Part shown: piece after piece, positions 18,059 to 26,053 of the stretch
How positions within the stretch are numbered: the stretch's first letter is position 1
How the letters are laid out: each line of letters starts with the position of its first letter
Virus record (IMG/VR): IMGVR_UViG_3300025674_000052
Coordinates: 1 to 55,417 of that record
Source: a virus
Taxonomy: Duplodnaviria > Caudoviricetes
Strand: one strand, 5' to 3'
DNA: 55,417 bases
The notes under the pieces: model-generated
What the model was told of the DNA's origin: nothing
The model's input: only the letters and a program-made list of their open reading frames with translations
Database searches by the model: none
Program-made: the position numbers and the translations under genes

Positions 18059-18160
18059 CGCGTTCTTGGGTTCGAGTTGTCAGGGTCGTCGAGGGCTCGT
18101 TCCCCCGACCTCCTAACCTTCGGCTTTGCTGTCCGTTTCCGCAAGTCCCTTTTCCGATTT
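18059..18160 (-). promoter_or_regulatory. Promoter-hairpin cassette P3
   Basis: TTGCGG (18144-18139), N17, GAAGGT, then variant hairpin TCGGGGG-AACGAG-CCCTCGA. Confidence 0.75.
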
Positions 18161-18346
18161 CTCGTCTACGTGCCTCCATGTCTTCCGAGTCACGACGTAA
18201 TGAATCGCCACATGGCTGACGCCGTACTTCTGCCCGAGGGCTGCTAGGGTCGCGCCCTGGGCGGCCTGCTTGCGGATCGCGCGGACACTCTGGGCCGTCA
18301 GGCGGGCCATGCCGTTCTTCTCGCCTTTGCGGTTCTCAAGTTTCAT
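18113..18346 (-). CDS. Small HTH DNA-binding protein, 77 aa, resembling the C-terminal domain of phage HNH endonucleases
   Basis: GEKNGMARLT...IR...LGQKYGVS...TWRHV pattern. ATGA coupling with the MTase stop. Confidence 0.65.
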   Translation of the reverse strand: MKLENRKGEKNGMARLTAQSVRAIRKQAAQGATLAALGQKYGVSHVAIHYVVTRKTWRHVDEKSEKGLAETDSKAEG

Positions 18347-19239
18347 GCGGTCACCTCAATGTCCATGCGAGCTCTCACGAACGCCTCCGCTTGCGGAGCG
18401 CAGAGGGCGTTGCCGTAGGCGCGCAGGCGTCCCACTCGGGCGGCAATCCCATCAGCCAACGGGAAAGAGCCGGGTTCAATCGGACGCCATCGGGGACCGC
18501 TCGGGTCGTTACAGTAGACCCACTCCGCACAATCCCAGAACGTGCTACTCCCGCAGGTCCCGCCAGCCGAGACTTCTTCACTAGGTGCTCTAGGTCCAGA
18601 GCCTGTCCTGTGTCCTTGTGATCTCGCGCTGTCGGGGTCGGCCACGCAGCTCGACTTGCGGGAACCGCTAGGCGCGACTTGGACTGCTGGGTTTCTGGAT
18701 CGAAGTTGGTCCAGCTGTCCTTGTGATCTCGTGAACACGGCGTCGGCCACGAAATACAGTCGCTGCCGCCTGTGCGGAGCCCCGACGCCCGCAGCGCAGG
18801 TATCAAGGCCGCTGACGGTGTAGCCCTCTCGGTCCATGTCAGATTGAACAATGTCGAACCAGCCGAGGCCGTCCTTGCTTGAAACCTGCTCGCCAAAGAT
18901 CGTGCGCGGGCGTCGTGCTTGAGCGAGCCAAAGAACGGCAGGCCATGCGTGCCGCTCGTCAGCAAGCCCTGCTCCCTTGCCTGCGCTGCTGAAAGGCTGG
19001 CACGGACAGGAGGCGGTCCAGACAGGTCGGTCGTCGGGCCAGCCTGCGGATCGCAGGGCGTGGCTCCAGACTCCGATCCCTGCGAAGAAGTGGCATTGTG
19101 TGTATCCATCAAGTTCCTCAGGTGCGATGTCCCAGATTGAACGCTCGTCCACGACGCCGGGGGCGATGTTCCCCGCGTCGATCAGGTTCCGCAGCCACTG
19201 CGCTGCGAACGGGTCGATTTCGTTGTAAAAGGCGGCCAT
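18343..19239 (-). CDS. DNA (cytosine-5) methyltransferase, alpha-type chain, 298 aa
   Basis: Motif I FFAGIG, IV SCPCQPFS, VI GEQV, VIII PHRRQRLYFVA and X RLRAYGNAL. No evident motif IX. Confidence 0.9.
   Translation of the reverse strand: MAAFYNEIDPFAAQWLRNLIDAGNIAPGVVDERSIWDIAPEELDGYTQCHFFAGIGVWSHALRSAGWPDDRPVWTASCPCQPFSSAGKGAGLADERHAWPAVLWLAQARRPRTIFGEQVSSKDGLGWFDIVQSDMDREGYTVSGLDTCAAGVGAPHRRQRLYFVADAVFTRSQGQLDQLRSRNPAVQVAPSGSRKSSCVADPDSARSQGHRTGSGPRAPSEEVSAGGTCGSSTFWDCAEWVYCNDPSGPRWRPIEPGSFPLADGIAARVGRLRAYGNALCAPQAEAFVRARMDIEVTA
18375..18965 (-). CDS. Nested alternative-frame C5-MTase beta-type subunit (start uncertain; frame open to 19112)
   Basis: Open frame inside the MTase gene with two WPTP..RDHKD repeats and the motif IX-like RLNPALSRWLMGLPPEW. 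Candidate TTG start at 18965. Confidence 0.75.
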   Translation of the reverse strand: MLTSGTHGLPFFGSLKHDARARSLASRFQARTASAGSTLFNLTWTERATPSAALIPALRASGLRTGGSDCISWPTPCSRDHKDSWTNFDPETQQSKSRLAVPASRAAWPTPTARDHKDTGQALDLEHLVKKSRLAGPAGVARSGIVRSGSTVTTRAVPDGVRLNPALSRWLMGLPPEWDACAPTATPSALRKRRRS

Positions 19240-19241
19240 CT

Positions 19242-19829
19242 TTACTCAGGCGCTGACAGCGCATGGATCACGCCGGTGTACCGTTCGAGGCGCTCGTGGT
19301 TTCTGCGGCCTTGGCTCAGCACGCTCCCCACGCGGTCCTGCGCGTCAAGGTGCGCGTCCTCCACCAAGGCAAGGTACTCGTCCGCCGACAGGTCGAGCAG
19401 GTTCTTGCCGCCCGACGAGTATCCGTCGATGGCTGCGTGATGCGCCACCTCTTCCTTCAGGCGGGCACAGGAGGCCGCTGTCGCGATCTCGACGAACATC
19501 ACCGCCTCGGCCTCGGTCCACTCCGCCGTGCGCTCCAGAAGCTCACAGCGGCTGATAAGCTGCGCTCGCAGCATCGTGACGACGTCGCGGCTCGCGCGGA
19601 GCGCCTCGCGCCGGATCATCGACTTCCTGCCCTTGCCTGTCTTGTTGCGCTCCAGGGCCGCCAGGAGCGTCTTGCGGACGTTCTCGGGGAGCCGTCCGTG
19701 GATGCCGTCGTCGTCGAGGTAGATCGCTCCTGCCCCATCCGTGTTGCCGTCCTTGGCGGACAGCAGCTCCTCAAGGATCTCGTCGAAGGATCGGGCCGGC
19801 TGGTCTTCTTGGTTCTCGTGCTCGCTCAT
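19242..19829 (-). CDS. Hypothetical helical protein, 195 aa
   Basis: ATGA-coupled operon member. Confidence 0.7.
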   Translation of the reverse strand: MSEHENQEDQPARSFDEILEELLSAKDGNTDGAGAIYLDDDGIHGRLPENVRKTLLAALERNKTGKGRKSMIRREALRASRDVVTMLRAQLISRCELLERTAEWTEAEAVMFVEIATAASCARLKEEVAHHAAIDGYSSGGKNLLDLSADEYLALVEDAHLDAQDRVGSVLSQGRRNHERLERYTGVIHALSAPE

Positions 19830-20074
19830 GTCAGGTCCTCTGTTGCTTCGTAGGTGATGCGCGGCGCTTCATAGCGCACGCCGTAGTAGTCGTTCTCCGT
19901 CAGCTCCTCGTGCAGGACACGAAGGGCTCGGCGTACAGCGGTCCTGCGGCGACCGGTCAGCACCGGCTGTGCCCACAAGACCTCTTTCTTCTTGCTGCCC
20001 TTGGCCTTGGCCTCAATGCGGACTATGCCCTCGACGCCCGGTCGCGGACTGTGCCCGTGCCACTTGACCATCAT
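19826..20074 (-). CDS. Hypothetical basic protein, 82 aa (MMVKWHG...)
   Basis: TGATG and ATGA coupling on either side. Confidence 0.6.
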   Translation of the reverse strand: MMVKWHGHSPRPGVEGIVRIEAKAKGSKKKEVLWAQPVLTGRRRTAVRRALRVLHEELTENDYYGVRYEAPRITYEATEDLT

Positions 20075-20688
20075 CACGAGGCGTCGCCGCCCTCGGCGCT
20101 GCCAGCGGAAAACTCTCTCAGCATCCGCTGCAGGCTCGCCTCCTTGACGCCGACCCTGCGGGCTGCGTCGAAGGTCTCCTCGATCATCTCCCTCGTCGGG
20201 CCGAAGTCGAGCAGAGCAGCCACGGGCAGGCCGACGTCGGCGCACATTTCCTTCGTCGCCTTCAGGATCGTCCTGATCTCAGCGCGAACGAGGTGCTGCT
20301 TCGCCATGCGGAATCGCTCCAGCTTGGCCTCGACCTCCGGCATCTCGTCTGGGTGCCCGTCGAGGACATCGACGACAAAGCCGGCGGCCTCGTTGAGGGC
20401 GCACAGGCAAAGCTGCCACTCGGAGCGGCTGAGCCGAGCGATGGTGCTCGACTCACCAGCGCGGTCTCGGTCGATCATGCGCTGGAGCTGCTTGGCGTGA
20501 CCCTGCTTCACGACGTCCATGACGCCGCTGATGTACTGCGCGGCTCGCTGGCAGAAGTCGATGTCCTCCTTGCCGCCGGTCGGGTGATACGCCCGAAGAA
20601 GGAACGCCTCTCCGATCAGCGATGCTCGGGTCTCGTGAAGTTCGGCCTCCACCTGCACCTGCCTCTTGATGTAGTCGGGAATCTTCAT
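20074..20688 (-). CDS. Hypothetical helical protein, 204 aa
   Basis: First gene of the coupled operon that ends in the C5-MTase and HTH genes. Confidence 0.7.
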   Translation of the reverse strand: MKIPDYIKRQVQVEAELHETRASLIGEAFLLRAYHPTGGKEDIDFCQRAAQYISGVMDVVKQGHAKQLQRMIDRDRAGESSTIARLSRSEWQLCLCALNEAAGFVVDVLDGHPDEMPEVEAKLERFRMAKQHLVRAEIRTILKATKEMCADVGLPVAALLDFGPTREMIEETFDAARRVGVKEASLQRMLREFSAGSAEGGDAS

Positions 20689-20828
20689 GCTGCTCTTATC
20701 GCCTGATCGGCCCTGGCTGGGTTGAACTTTCTGTCCTTTCTGGCAAAGGTTGCCCCCGAAACCTGTCGATGAACGGAGTCAGGTACGGCGCGTTTGCCGC
20801 TGGCCCTCACTTCAACCAACACATCGAC

Positions 20829-21398
20829 ATGAAGCACCGCAACTCTGACCCTGATTCCTTTGCCATTCTCGCCACTGTTGCCCTGTGGCTTGCCGCAGCC
20901 GCCGCTCTCCTCCTGCCGGCCTGCTCGCCTGTGGGCGAGGGCTCCGGGCCGGGCTCCGGCAGCGGAGGCCCAGGCGGCTCTCCTGACGCCTACGAGCAGG
21001 AGCCCAACGACACCGTGACGACGCCCGACCGGCTGCCCCTCCTGCTCACGCCGGGATCCGTCCTGCGCGTCCGTGGCACCCTCGGCGGCGACACCATCAA
21101 CGCCAACGGCCACCCCGGCACCCGCGACTGGTTCCGCATCGACGCGGCTGCGCCCTGCACCTGCAACGTCAGGGTCTGGATCGACGGGATCGGCTTCGTG
21201 CAGGTCGCCCTCGTCGAATGGGAGGCGGAGGGCGACTACCGCCTCGTGGCCTCGGACCACTCCGGCTCCGGCTACATCGAGCAGACGGTCACGCTCGCGG
21301 GAGCTGCGTTCGGCTCGGGCCTCGGCATCGGGATCCTGGAGTCGAGCCTCAGCGCCGATCCAGGCACTGTCTACGACATCGAGGTCTCCGTCTGGTGA
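20829..21398 (+). CDS. Lipoprotein with a PPC-like (pre-peptidase C-terminal) domain, 189 aa
   Basis: Hydrophobic signal and lipobox LPAC, Gly/Ser linker, EQEPNDT...DWFRI motif. Confidence 0.7.
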   Translation: MKHRNSDPDSFAILATVALWLAAAAALLLPACSPVGEGSGPGSGSGGPGGSPDAYEQEPNDTVTTPDRLPLLLTPGSVLRVRGTLGGDTINANGHPGTRDWFRIDAAAPCTCNVRVWIDGIGFVQVALVEWEAEGDYRLVASDHSGSGYIEQTVTLAGAAFGSGLGIGILESSLSADPGTVYDIEVSVW

Positions 21399-21503
21399 TT
21401 TTTGGAAAAGAGGCTTGCGGAATCCTGCGGGATTGCCGACAGTATGCGTGTCGAGGGAATCAGCCCTCGGCCTTCCCCCCCCCCCAGCCTCAGGAGGCTT
21501 CCC
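21399..21503 (+). promoter_or_regulatory. Promoter-hairpin cassette P5 with a C11 tract
   Basis: TTGCGG (21415-21420), N17, GACAGT, hairpin CGAGGGAATCAGCCCTCG at 21452-21469, then AGGAGG before the ATG. Confidence 0.8.
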
Positions 21504-21761
21504 ATGAGCAACTGCTCCCCCACCCTCTCCTTCCTCTCCGGCGCTGAGAAGCGCCCGACCGTTGGCTCCCTTGTCGAGGCTCCGGTCATCGGCTGCGCTG
21601 GGACCTTCCGGGTCATCAGGAACCCTCTCCGCCACAAGGGCATCGAGACTCGCGAGGGTCACGTCTGGCTCCGCGAGACGGGGCTGCACATCTGCAAGGG
21701 CTACGAGCCCTTCGTGATCGAGTGGCCGATCGACGACATCCACGTCATCGAGCAAGCCTGA
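21504..21761 (+). CDS. Hypothetical early protein, 85 aa (MSNCSPT...)
   Basis: Downstream of P5 with an SD-like AGGAGG. Confidence 0.7.
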   Translation: MSNCSPTLSFLSGAEKRPTVGSLVEAPVIGCAGTFRVIRNPLRHKGIETREGHVWLRETGLHICKGYEPFVIEWPIDDIHVIEQA

Positions 21762-21794
21762 TCGCCTCCGGGCGCAGCAGCGGAGGTCGCCGGC

Positions 21795-23591
21795 TCACCC
21801 GATCCGGCGGCCTCCCTTCAGTTTGGTCGGGCGCAGCCGCCCGTTCCGCACCGGCTGCCCACTGTGAGGCGTGAGCACCGGCGGACCCTCCTGCCGGATG
21901 ATGCTGTCCCGAGCCGGCAGGCGCATCGCCAGGATGTCGGCGTCGAACGTGTCAGGGCTGTGCCCGTGACGCTTCACGACCTTCTCCTTCGGCTCCAGCT
22001 TCAGCACCGGCCCCTTGCTGTCCCAGGACCGCTCGTACAGCGTCCAGGTCGCTTCGGACCAGCTGCGGGTGAACTGTCGCGGGATCACGAAGACGCCCTC
22101 CTGAAGGCCACGGCGGGCGACCCAGTGCATCTCCGTGCGCTGGTTTACGCATCGCTGAGTCCCGACGAGGTCGCGCCACTGGCCGCTCGCGCCTCGGGCG
22201 AAGTTCACTCGGTCGACGAGGCAGCCTCGGCTCGCGAGGATGTCGCACACGCCGACGAGCCCTGAGTCGTCAATGCTGATGCGGTCGCCTGGGATCGGGC
22301 TGCCGTCCCAGGTCGAGTTGCCAGGGCCGGTGCCCTCGACCTCAGATCCCCACTTCTCCGCCAGCGCGAGGATCGTCGTCGCGATGGTGATCTGGCCCTC
22401 GCGGTCATCCATACTCGGAGCGAATCGGTGCTCCTGGCGCTTCTCGCCGTCGACGAACAGCGAGGCCACGCACATATCTGGGTTCCCCGTGCCGATGTCC
22501 ACGCCCATCCTCGGGCCGATGGGCCGGAGGTTCTGACGTTTCGTCCCGAGGGCCGCCTCCAGGGCTGTCCTGGGCACCACGTTCCAATCGGTGCTGCCGC
22601 TCGGGAAGGTGCCTCCCCAGTCCGCCAGCAGGATCGGGTCGTCCTCGTCGTACTGCCTCAGGGCGGCCTCGATGTCGGTGGACTGCACGAGGTACTGCGG
22701 CACCGGATGGTAGACCGAGTCGTACACGACACCTGAGGGTGCCGGGAACTTGTCCGGGTCTAAGCTGCTGACTCGGATCCGGTGCCAGTGGCTGCCGTCG
22801 CGGAACGCTCGGACGTACTCGTGATCCTCGTCGGCACCGAGGGTCGGGTTGCCTGTCATCACAAAGTAGACGTTCGGCTTCGTCAGCATCCCGTCGAGGA
22901 CGCGGAACGCTTCGGTGCTGACGCCGGCGGCCTCGTCCACCACGACGAGTAGCCTCGTGCTGTCGTCGTCGCCCTGCTCCGCCAGCCACGCGAGGTCCTC
23001 CTCGGACATCGTATCGGCGTCGGGGTCGCCGGGCACTGCCGGGCTCGCGTGGAAGCCACGCATCGCGTCTGGGTCGCGGCTCGGCAGGGCAAGGCACCAG
23101 TGCCGCTCGTCGATGCGGATCTCGCTGGCGTTGTTCACCTCCAGCGGCAGCTCTGTCGTCGCGTTTGCGATGGCCGCCCTGGCCTCCCCGAGCACGCCCT
23201 TCTGCGCCTGCCGCATCGTCGGGCTGATGACGAGCACGCGGCTTGGCTCTTGGAAGAGGAAGGCGGCTACGAGATGCCCGAGAGCGTGCGTCTTGCCGGT
23301 GGATCGGCTAGAGGTCACGGCCACCCGCCGGCGGCGGTACACCGCGCGGATCAGGTCCCGCTGGAACCTCCACATCTGGAGGCCGCCTGTCCTCGGGTGC
23401 CGCAGGCCCAGCCTTTCACGCACGAAGCGCAGGCACCCGTCTCCAGGCTCATCGTCTTCAAGATCGCGATACTGTACACAGAAAGGGCCTGCCGTCGCGG
23501 CAGGGTCAGGTGTGGAGCTGCTAGTCCCGAGCCTCCTCCTGAGCTTCTCCACTGCCGCTGGTGAGACCCAGGGCTCCTCCGCAGACCTCAT
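21795..23591 (-). CDS. terL: Terminase large subunit (start uncertain)
   Basis: Walker A SSRSTGKT, Walker B VVVDEAAG, TGNP coupling motif, nuclease motifs GVDIG and SPDTFDA. Confidence 0.9.
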   Translation of the reverse strand: MRSAEEPWVSPAAVEKLRRRLGTSSSTPDPAATAGPFCVQYRDLEDDEPGDGCLRFVRERLGLRHPRTGGLQMWRFQRDLIRAVYRRRRVAVTSSRSTGKTHALGHLVAAFLFQEPSRVLVISPTMRQAQKGVLGEARAAIANATTELPLEVNNASEIRIDERHWCLALPSRDPDAMRGFHASPAVPGDPDADTMSEEDLAWLAEQGDDDSTRLLVVVDEAAGVSTEAFRVLDGMLTKPNVYFVMTGNPTLGADEDHEYVRAFRDGSHWHRIRVSSLDPDKFPAPSGVVYDSVYHPVPQYLVQSTDIEAALRQYDEDDPILLADWGGTFPSGSTDWNVVPRTALEAALGTKRQNLRPIGPRMGVDIGTGNPDMCVASLFVDGEKRQEHRFAPSMDDREGQITIATTILALAEKWGSEVEGTGPGNSTWDGSPIPGDRISIDDSGLVGVCDILASRGCLVDRVNFARGASGQWRDLVGTQRCVNQRTEMHWVARRGLQEGVFVIPRQFTRSWSEATWTLYERSWDSKGPVLKLEPKEKVVKRHGHSPDTFDADILAMRLPARDSIIRQEGPPVLTPHSGQPVRNGRLRPTKLKGGRRIG

Positions 23592-24222
23592 GGTCCGTGC
23601 GCTCCAGAATCCGTCTCGCTGCATCTCTGTCCACCTCCGTCTCAATGATGTCCGCCATGCGGAACATGAGTGCCATGAACTCCTCAGGGCTGATCGCCCG
23701 AGCCGCGTGCATGGCCGTCTGCCAGTATCGGATCTGGCTCTTGTTGAGCTTGTCCGCTGCCTCGTGCATCCCGAGCAGCGCCCGGCTCTCCTCCACGCCT
23801 CGCTCGACGTAGCCGGTCAGCCGGCGAAGGATCGAGAGACCCTCCGCTGGGTCCTCCTTCATCTTCTCAAGGCCCTCGCGGAGCTGAGTCTTGACGCCCT
23901 GCCGGAACTCCGGGCTGTCGGCCTGCTCCACAAGATCCGCGAGCCGAGCCATCGTGGCCTCCTGCACCGCCATGCTGCGCCTTGGGTCAAGCAGCTTCGG
24001 GTCGTTCACTCGGTCGCTGAAGTCGTCGTCGAGCTTCTGGAGCGCCTTGGAGTAACGCCCAGTCTTGAAGTTCGGGGCCTGGAGCCCGCTGAGGCTCTTG
24101 CCACCGTGGTTGCGGCAGCGCCCGTTGGGCATGGCCTTGGCGTGGCAGATTCCGCCTGCGCGGTTCTTCGCTCCACAGATCCCGCCGGTGGGCGAGGACT
24201 CATCCTCTCCTCGCTTGTTCAT
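23521..24222 (-). CDS. Putative terminase small subunit with an HGGxSTG-type zinc motif, 233 aa
   Basis: CGAKNRAG..C...NGRCRNHGGKS motif, directly upstream of terL. Confidence 0.7.
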   Translation of the reverse strand: MNKRGEDESSPTGGICGAKNRAGGICHAKAMPNGRCRNHGGKSLSGLQAPNFKTGRYSKALQKLDDDFSDRVNDPKLLDPRRSMAVQEATMARLADLVEQADSPEFRQGVKTQLREGLEKMKEDPAEGLSILRRLTGYVERGVEESRALLGMHEAADKLNKSQIRYWQTAMHAARAISPEEFMALMFRMADIIETEVDRDAARRILERTDHEVCGGALGLTSGSGEAQEEARD

Positions 24223-24836
24223 AGGGCTCTGGGCCGGATGGCCGAAGCTCGGCCCAGGTCGCCATCCTTTACGAACTGGCGCACGGCCTCAGCGCCTTCC
24301 TCGGTGTGACACACTACCGTAGTGGCAAAACACTGCGCGGTCGAACCTGACAGCTCAGATTCGCCCTTGCCGCTGGTCTGCACGGTGCCCTCTGGGTCCT
24401 CACCATCGCCCTCCAGTGCCCTCCTGATGCCTTCCAGGTCCGCCTCGTCAAACCCCGTCGCCTCCAGCATCTCGGCTTCCTGAGCGGCGTCCAGGGCTCG
24501 AAGGAGCTGCGCGTCGTTCCAGTACGCCAGCTCTGCCGTGCGGTTGTCTGCCACAGCAAACGCTCGTGCCTGAGCCGGGGACAGGTCCGCGACTTGGCAC
24601 TCCAGGGCCTCCCATCCGAGCATCTTGGCAGCGTCGAGGGTCCCGTTGCCAGCGATGACGACTCCGCCCTCGGTGACGACGATGGGCTTCTGCTGACCGA
24701 AGGCATCGAGGCTCCGAGCGATGGCTTCGACGGCACGAGGCCCTCTGGCGCGAGCGTTGTCGGGGTCGTGGGTCAGGCGATGAACCGAGATGCGAGCAAG
24801 ACGCATCTGGCTGGGCTGGCTTGCTTCGCTGCTCAT
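24219..24836 (-). CDS. ParB/Srx N-terminal domain protein, 205 aa, without an MTase domain
   Basis: DPDNAR...FGQQKPIVV...IAGNGT...ADNRTAE motifs. Confidence 0.85.
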   Translation of the reverse strand: MSSEASQPSQMRLARISVHRLTHDPDNARARGPRAVEAIARSLDAFGQQKPIVVTEGGVVIAGNGTLDAAKMLGWEALECQVADLSPAQARAFAVADNRTAELAYWNDAQLLRALDAAQEAEMLEATGFDEADLEGIRRALEGDGEDPEGTVQTSGKGESELSGSTAQCFATTVVCHTEEGAEAVRQFVKDGDLGRASAIRPRAL

Positions 24837-26053
24837 TGTTGGAGGACCGCCTTCTCTCCGGTGAGGTTCTCCCAGCGGCGAACGATCACATCGCAGTACG
24901 CAGGGCTCAGCTCCATGCCGTAGCAGGAACGGCCAAGCTGTTCGGCGGCGATCAAGGTCGTGCCTGATCCGAGGAAGAGGTCAAGGACAGAGCCTTCTGG
25001 GCCGGATCCGTGCTCGATGGCGTTAGCCACCAGCGCAACGGGCTTCATTGTTGGGTGCAGGTCGTTTTTGTTTGTTCGATCGAACTCCCAAACATCATCT
25101 TCTGAATACGGAGTGCCGAAGAAGTCACCAGAGAAGTTGCCATAAACGATGGGTTCATATCGGCGGCGATATGCTCCACCACCCATAGGCGACTGGTTTT
25201 TGACCCAAATGACAATCGACTTGTACCCGATTGAATCAGAGACAGGAGTTAGCAGTTCGTGCAAATTGCCGCTACTGAAAGAGATGTAGTATGCCCCAGA
25301 GCAGTGCTGCCGGATGGCTGAGGCGATGGATTGAATGAATGCTCGAAACTCCTCTGGTGTCTTTTTGTCGTTTTGCATGGCTGCGTGCAGGCCGTTGGCT
25401 CCAACGTGAGGGATAAGCTCCCCATCTTTGGTTGTGTTGCTCATCGTTCCCTGGAACGCAATGTTGTACGGCGGGTCCGTAAACACCATGTCGGCCTTGC
25501 CAGCATTCATCAAGCGACTCACGTCGGCCTCATTCGTTGAGTCCCCGCAGAGCAGCCGATGTCTTCCCAAGATCCAGAGGTCGCCCACCTTTGCGACAGG
25601 CTCCTCTACCGCGTTCGGTATATCGTCCTGGACCACTTCGCCGGTCTTCTGACCGCCCGCCGCCTTCTGAACCTCTGCCAACTCCTCCGCTGTGAAGCCG
25701 GTGTCCTCTAGGGGGACATCAGCCTCTTCCAAGGCCCGAAGCGTTGCCACCAGCACCTCGTCATCCCACTCGGCCAGCTCAGCGGTTCGGTTGTCCGCAA
25801 TAGCAAAGGCCGTCATCTCGTCGTCGCTGAGGTCGGACTCAACGACGGCCACTTCGGTCCAGCCGAGATTCTTCGCCGCCTCAAGCGTGCCGTTTCCTGC
25901 TCGGACCACACCTGAAGAGTCCACCACGATCGGCTTTTGCTGCCCAAACCTTCGCAGGCTGGCAGCGATGGCTTCGAGGTTGCGCGGCGAGTGCTTCCGA
26001 GCGTTGCTCGGGTCTGAGCGAAGCTCTCCTACTGATTTCTTCGTCGTCTTCAT
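24833..26053 (-). CDS. ParB-N domain plus N4/N6 (beta-class) DNA methyltransferase, 406 aa
   Basis: ParB motifs, TDPPY, HPTMKP and DLFLGSGTT. ATGA coupling gives the start at 26053. Confidence 0.92.
   Translation of the reverse strand: MKTTKKSVGELRSDPSNARKHSPRNLEAIAASLRRFGQQKPIVVDSSGVVRAGNGTLEAAKNLGWTEVAVVESDLSDDEMTAFAIADNRTAELAEWDDEVLVATLRALEEADVPLEDTGFTAEELAEVQKAAGGQKTGEVVQDDIPNAVEEPVAKVGDLWILGRHRLLCGDSTNEADVSRLMNAGKADMVFTDPPYNIAFQGTMSNTTKDGELIPHVGANGLHAAMQNDKKTPEEFRAFIQSIASAIRQHCSGAYYISFSSGNLHELLTPVSDSIGYKSIVIWVKNQSPMGGGAYRRRYEPIVYGNFSGDFFGTPYSEDDVWEFDRTNKNDLHPTMKPVALVANAIEHGSGPEGSVLDLFLGSGTTLIAAEQLGRSCYGMELSPAYCDVIVRRWENLTGEKAVLQQ

Noticed and set aside
16642-18160. CRISPR-like or integron attC array
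   Set aside because: The repeats are separated by whole genes, have promoter geometry, and no cas or integron integrase gene is present.
20700-20790. An eighth member of the promoter family in the divergent gap
   Set aside because: The TTGCCC and TTGCCA hexamers are not followed by GANNGT at 17 nt.
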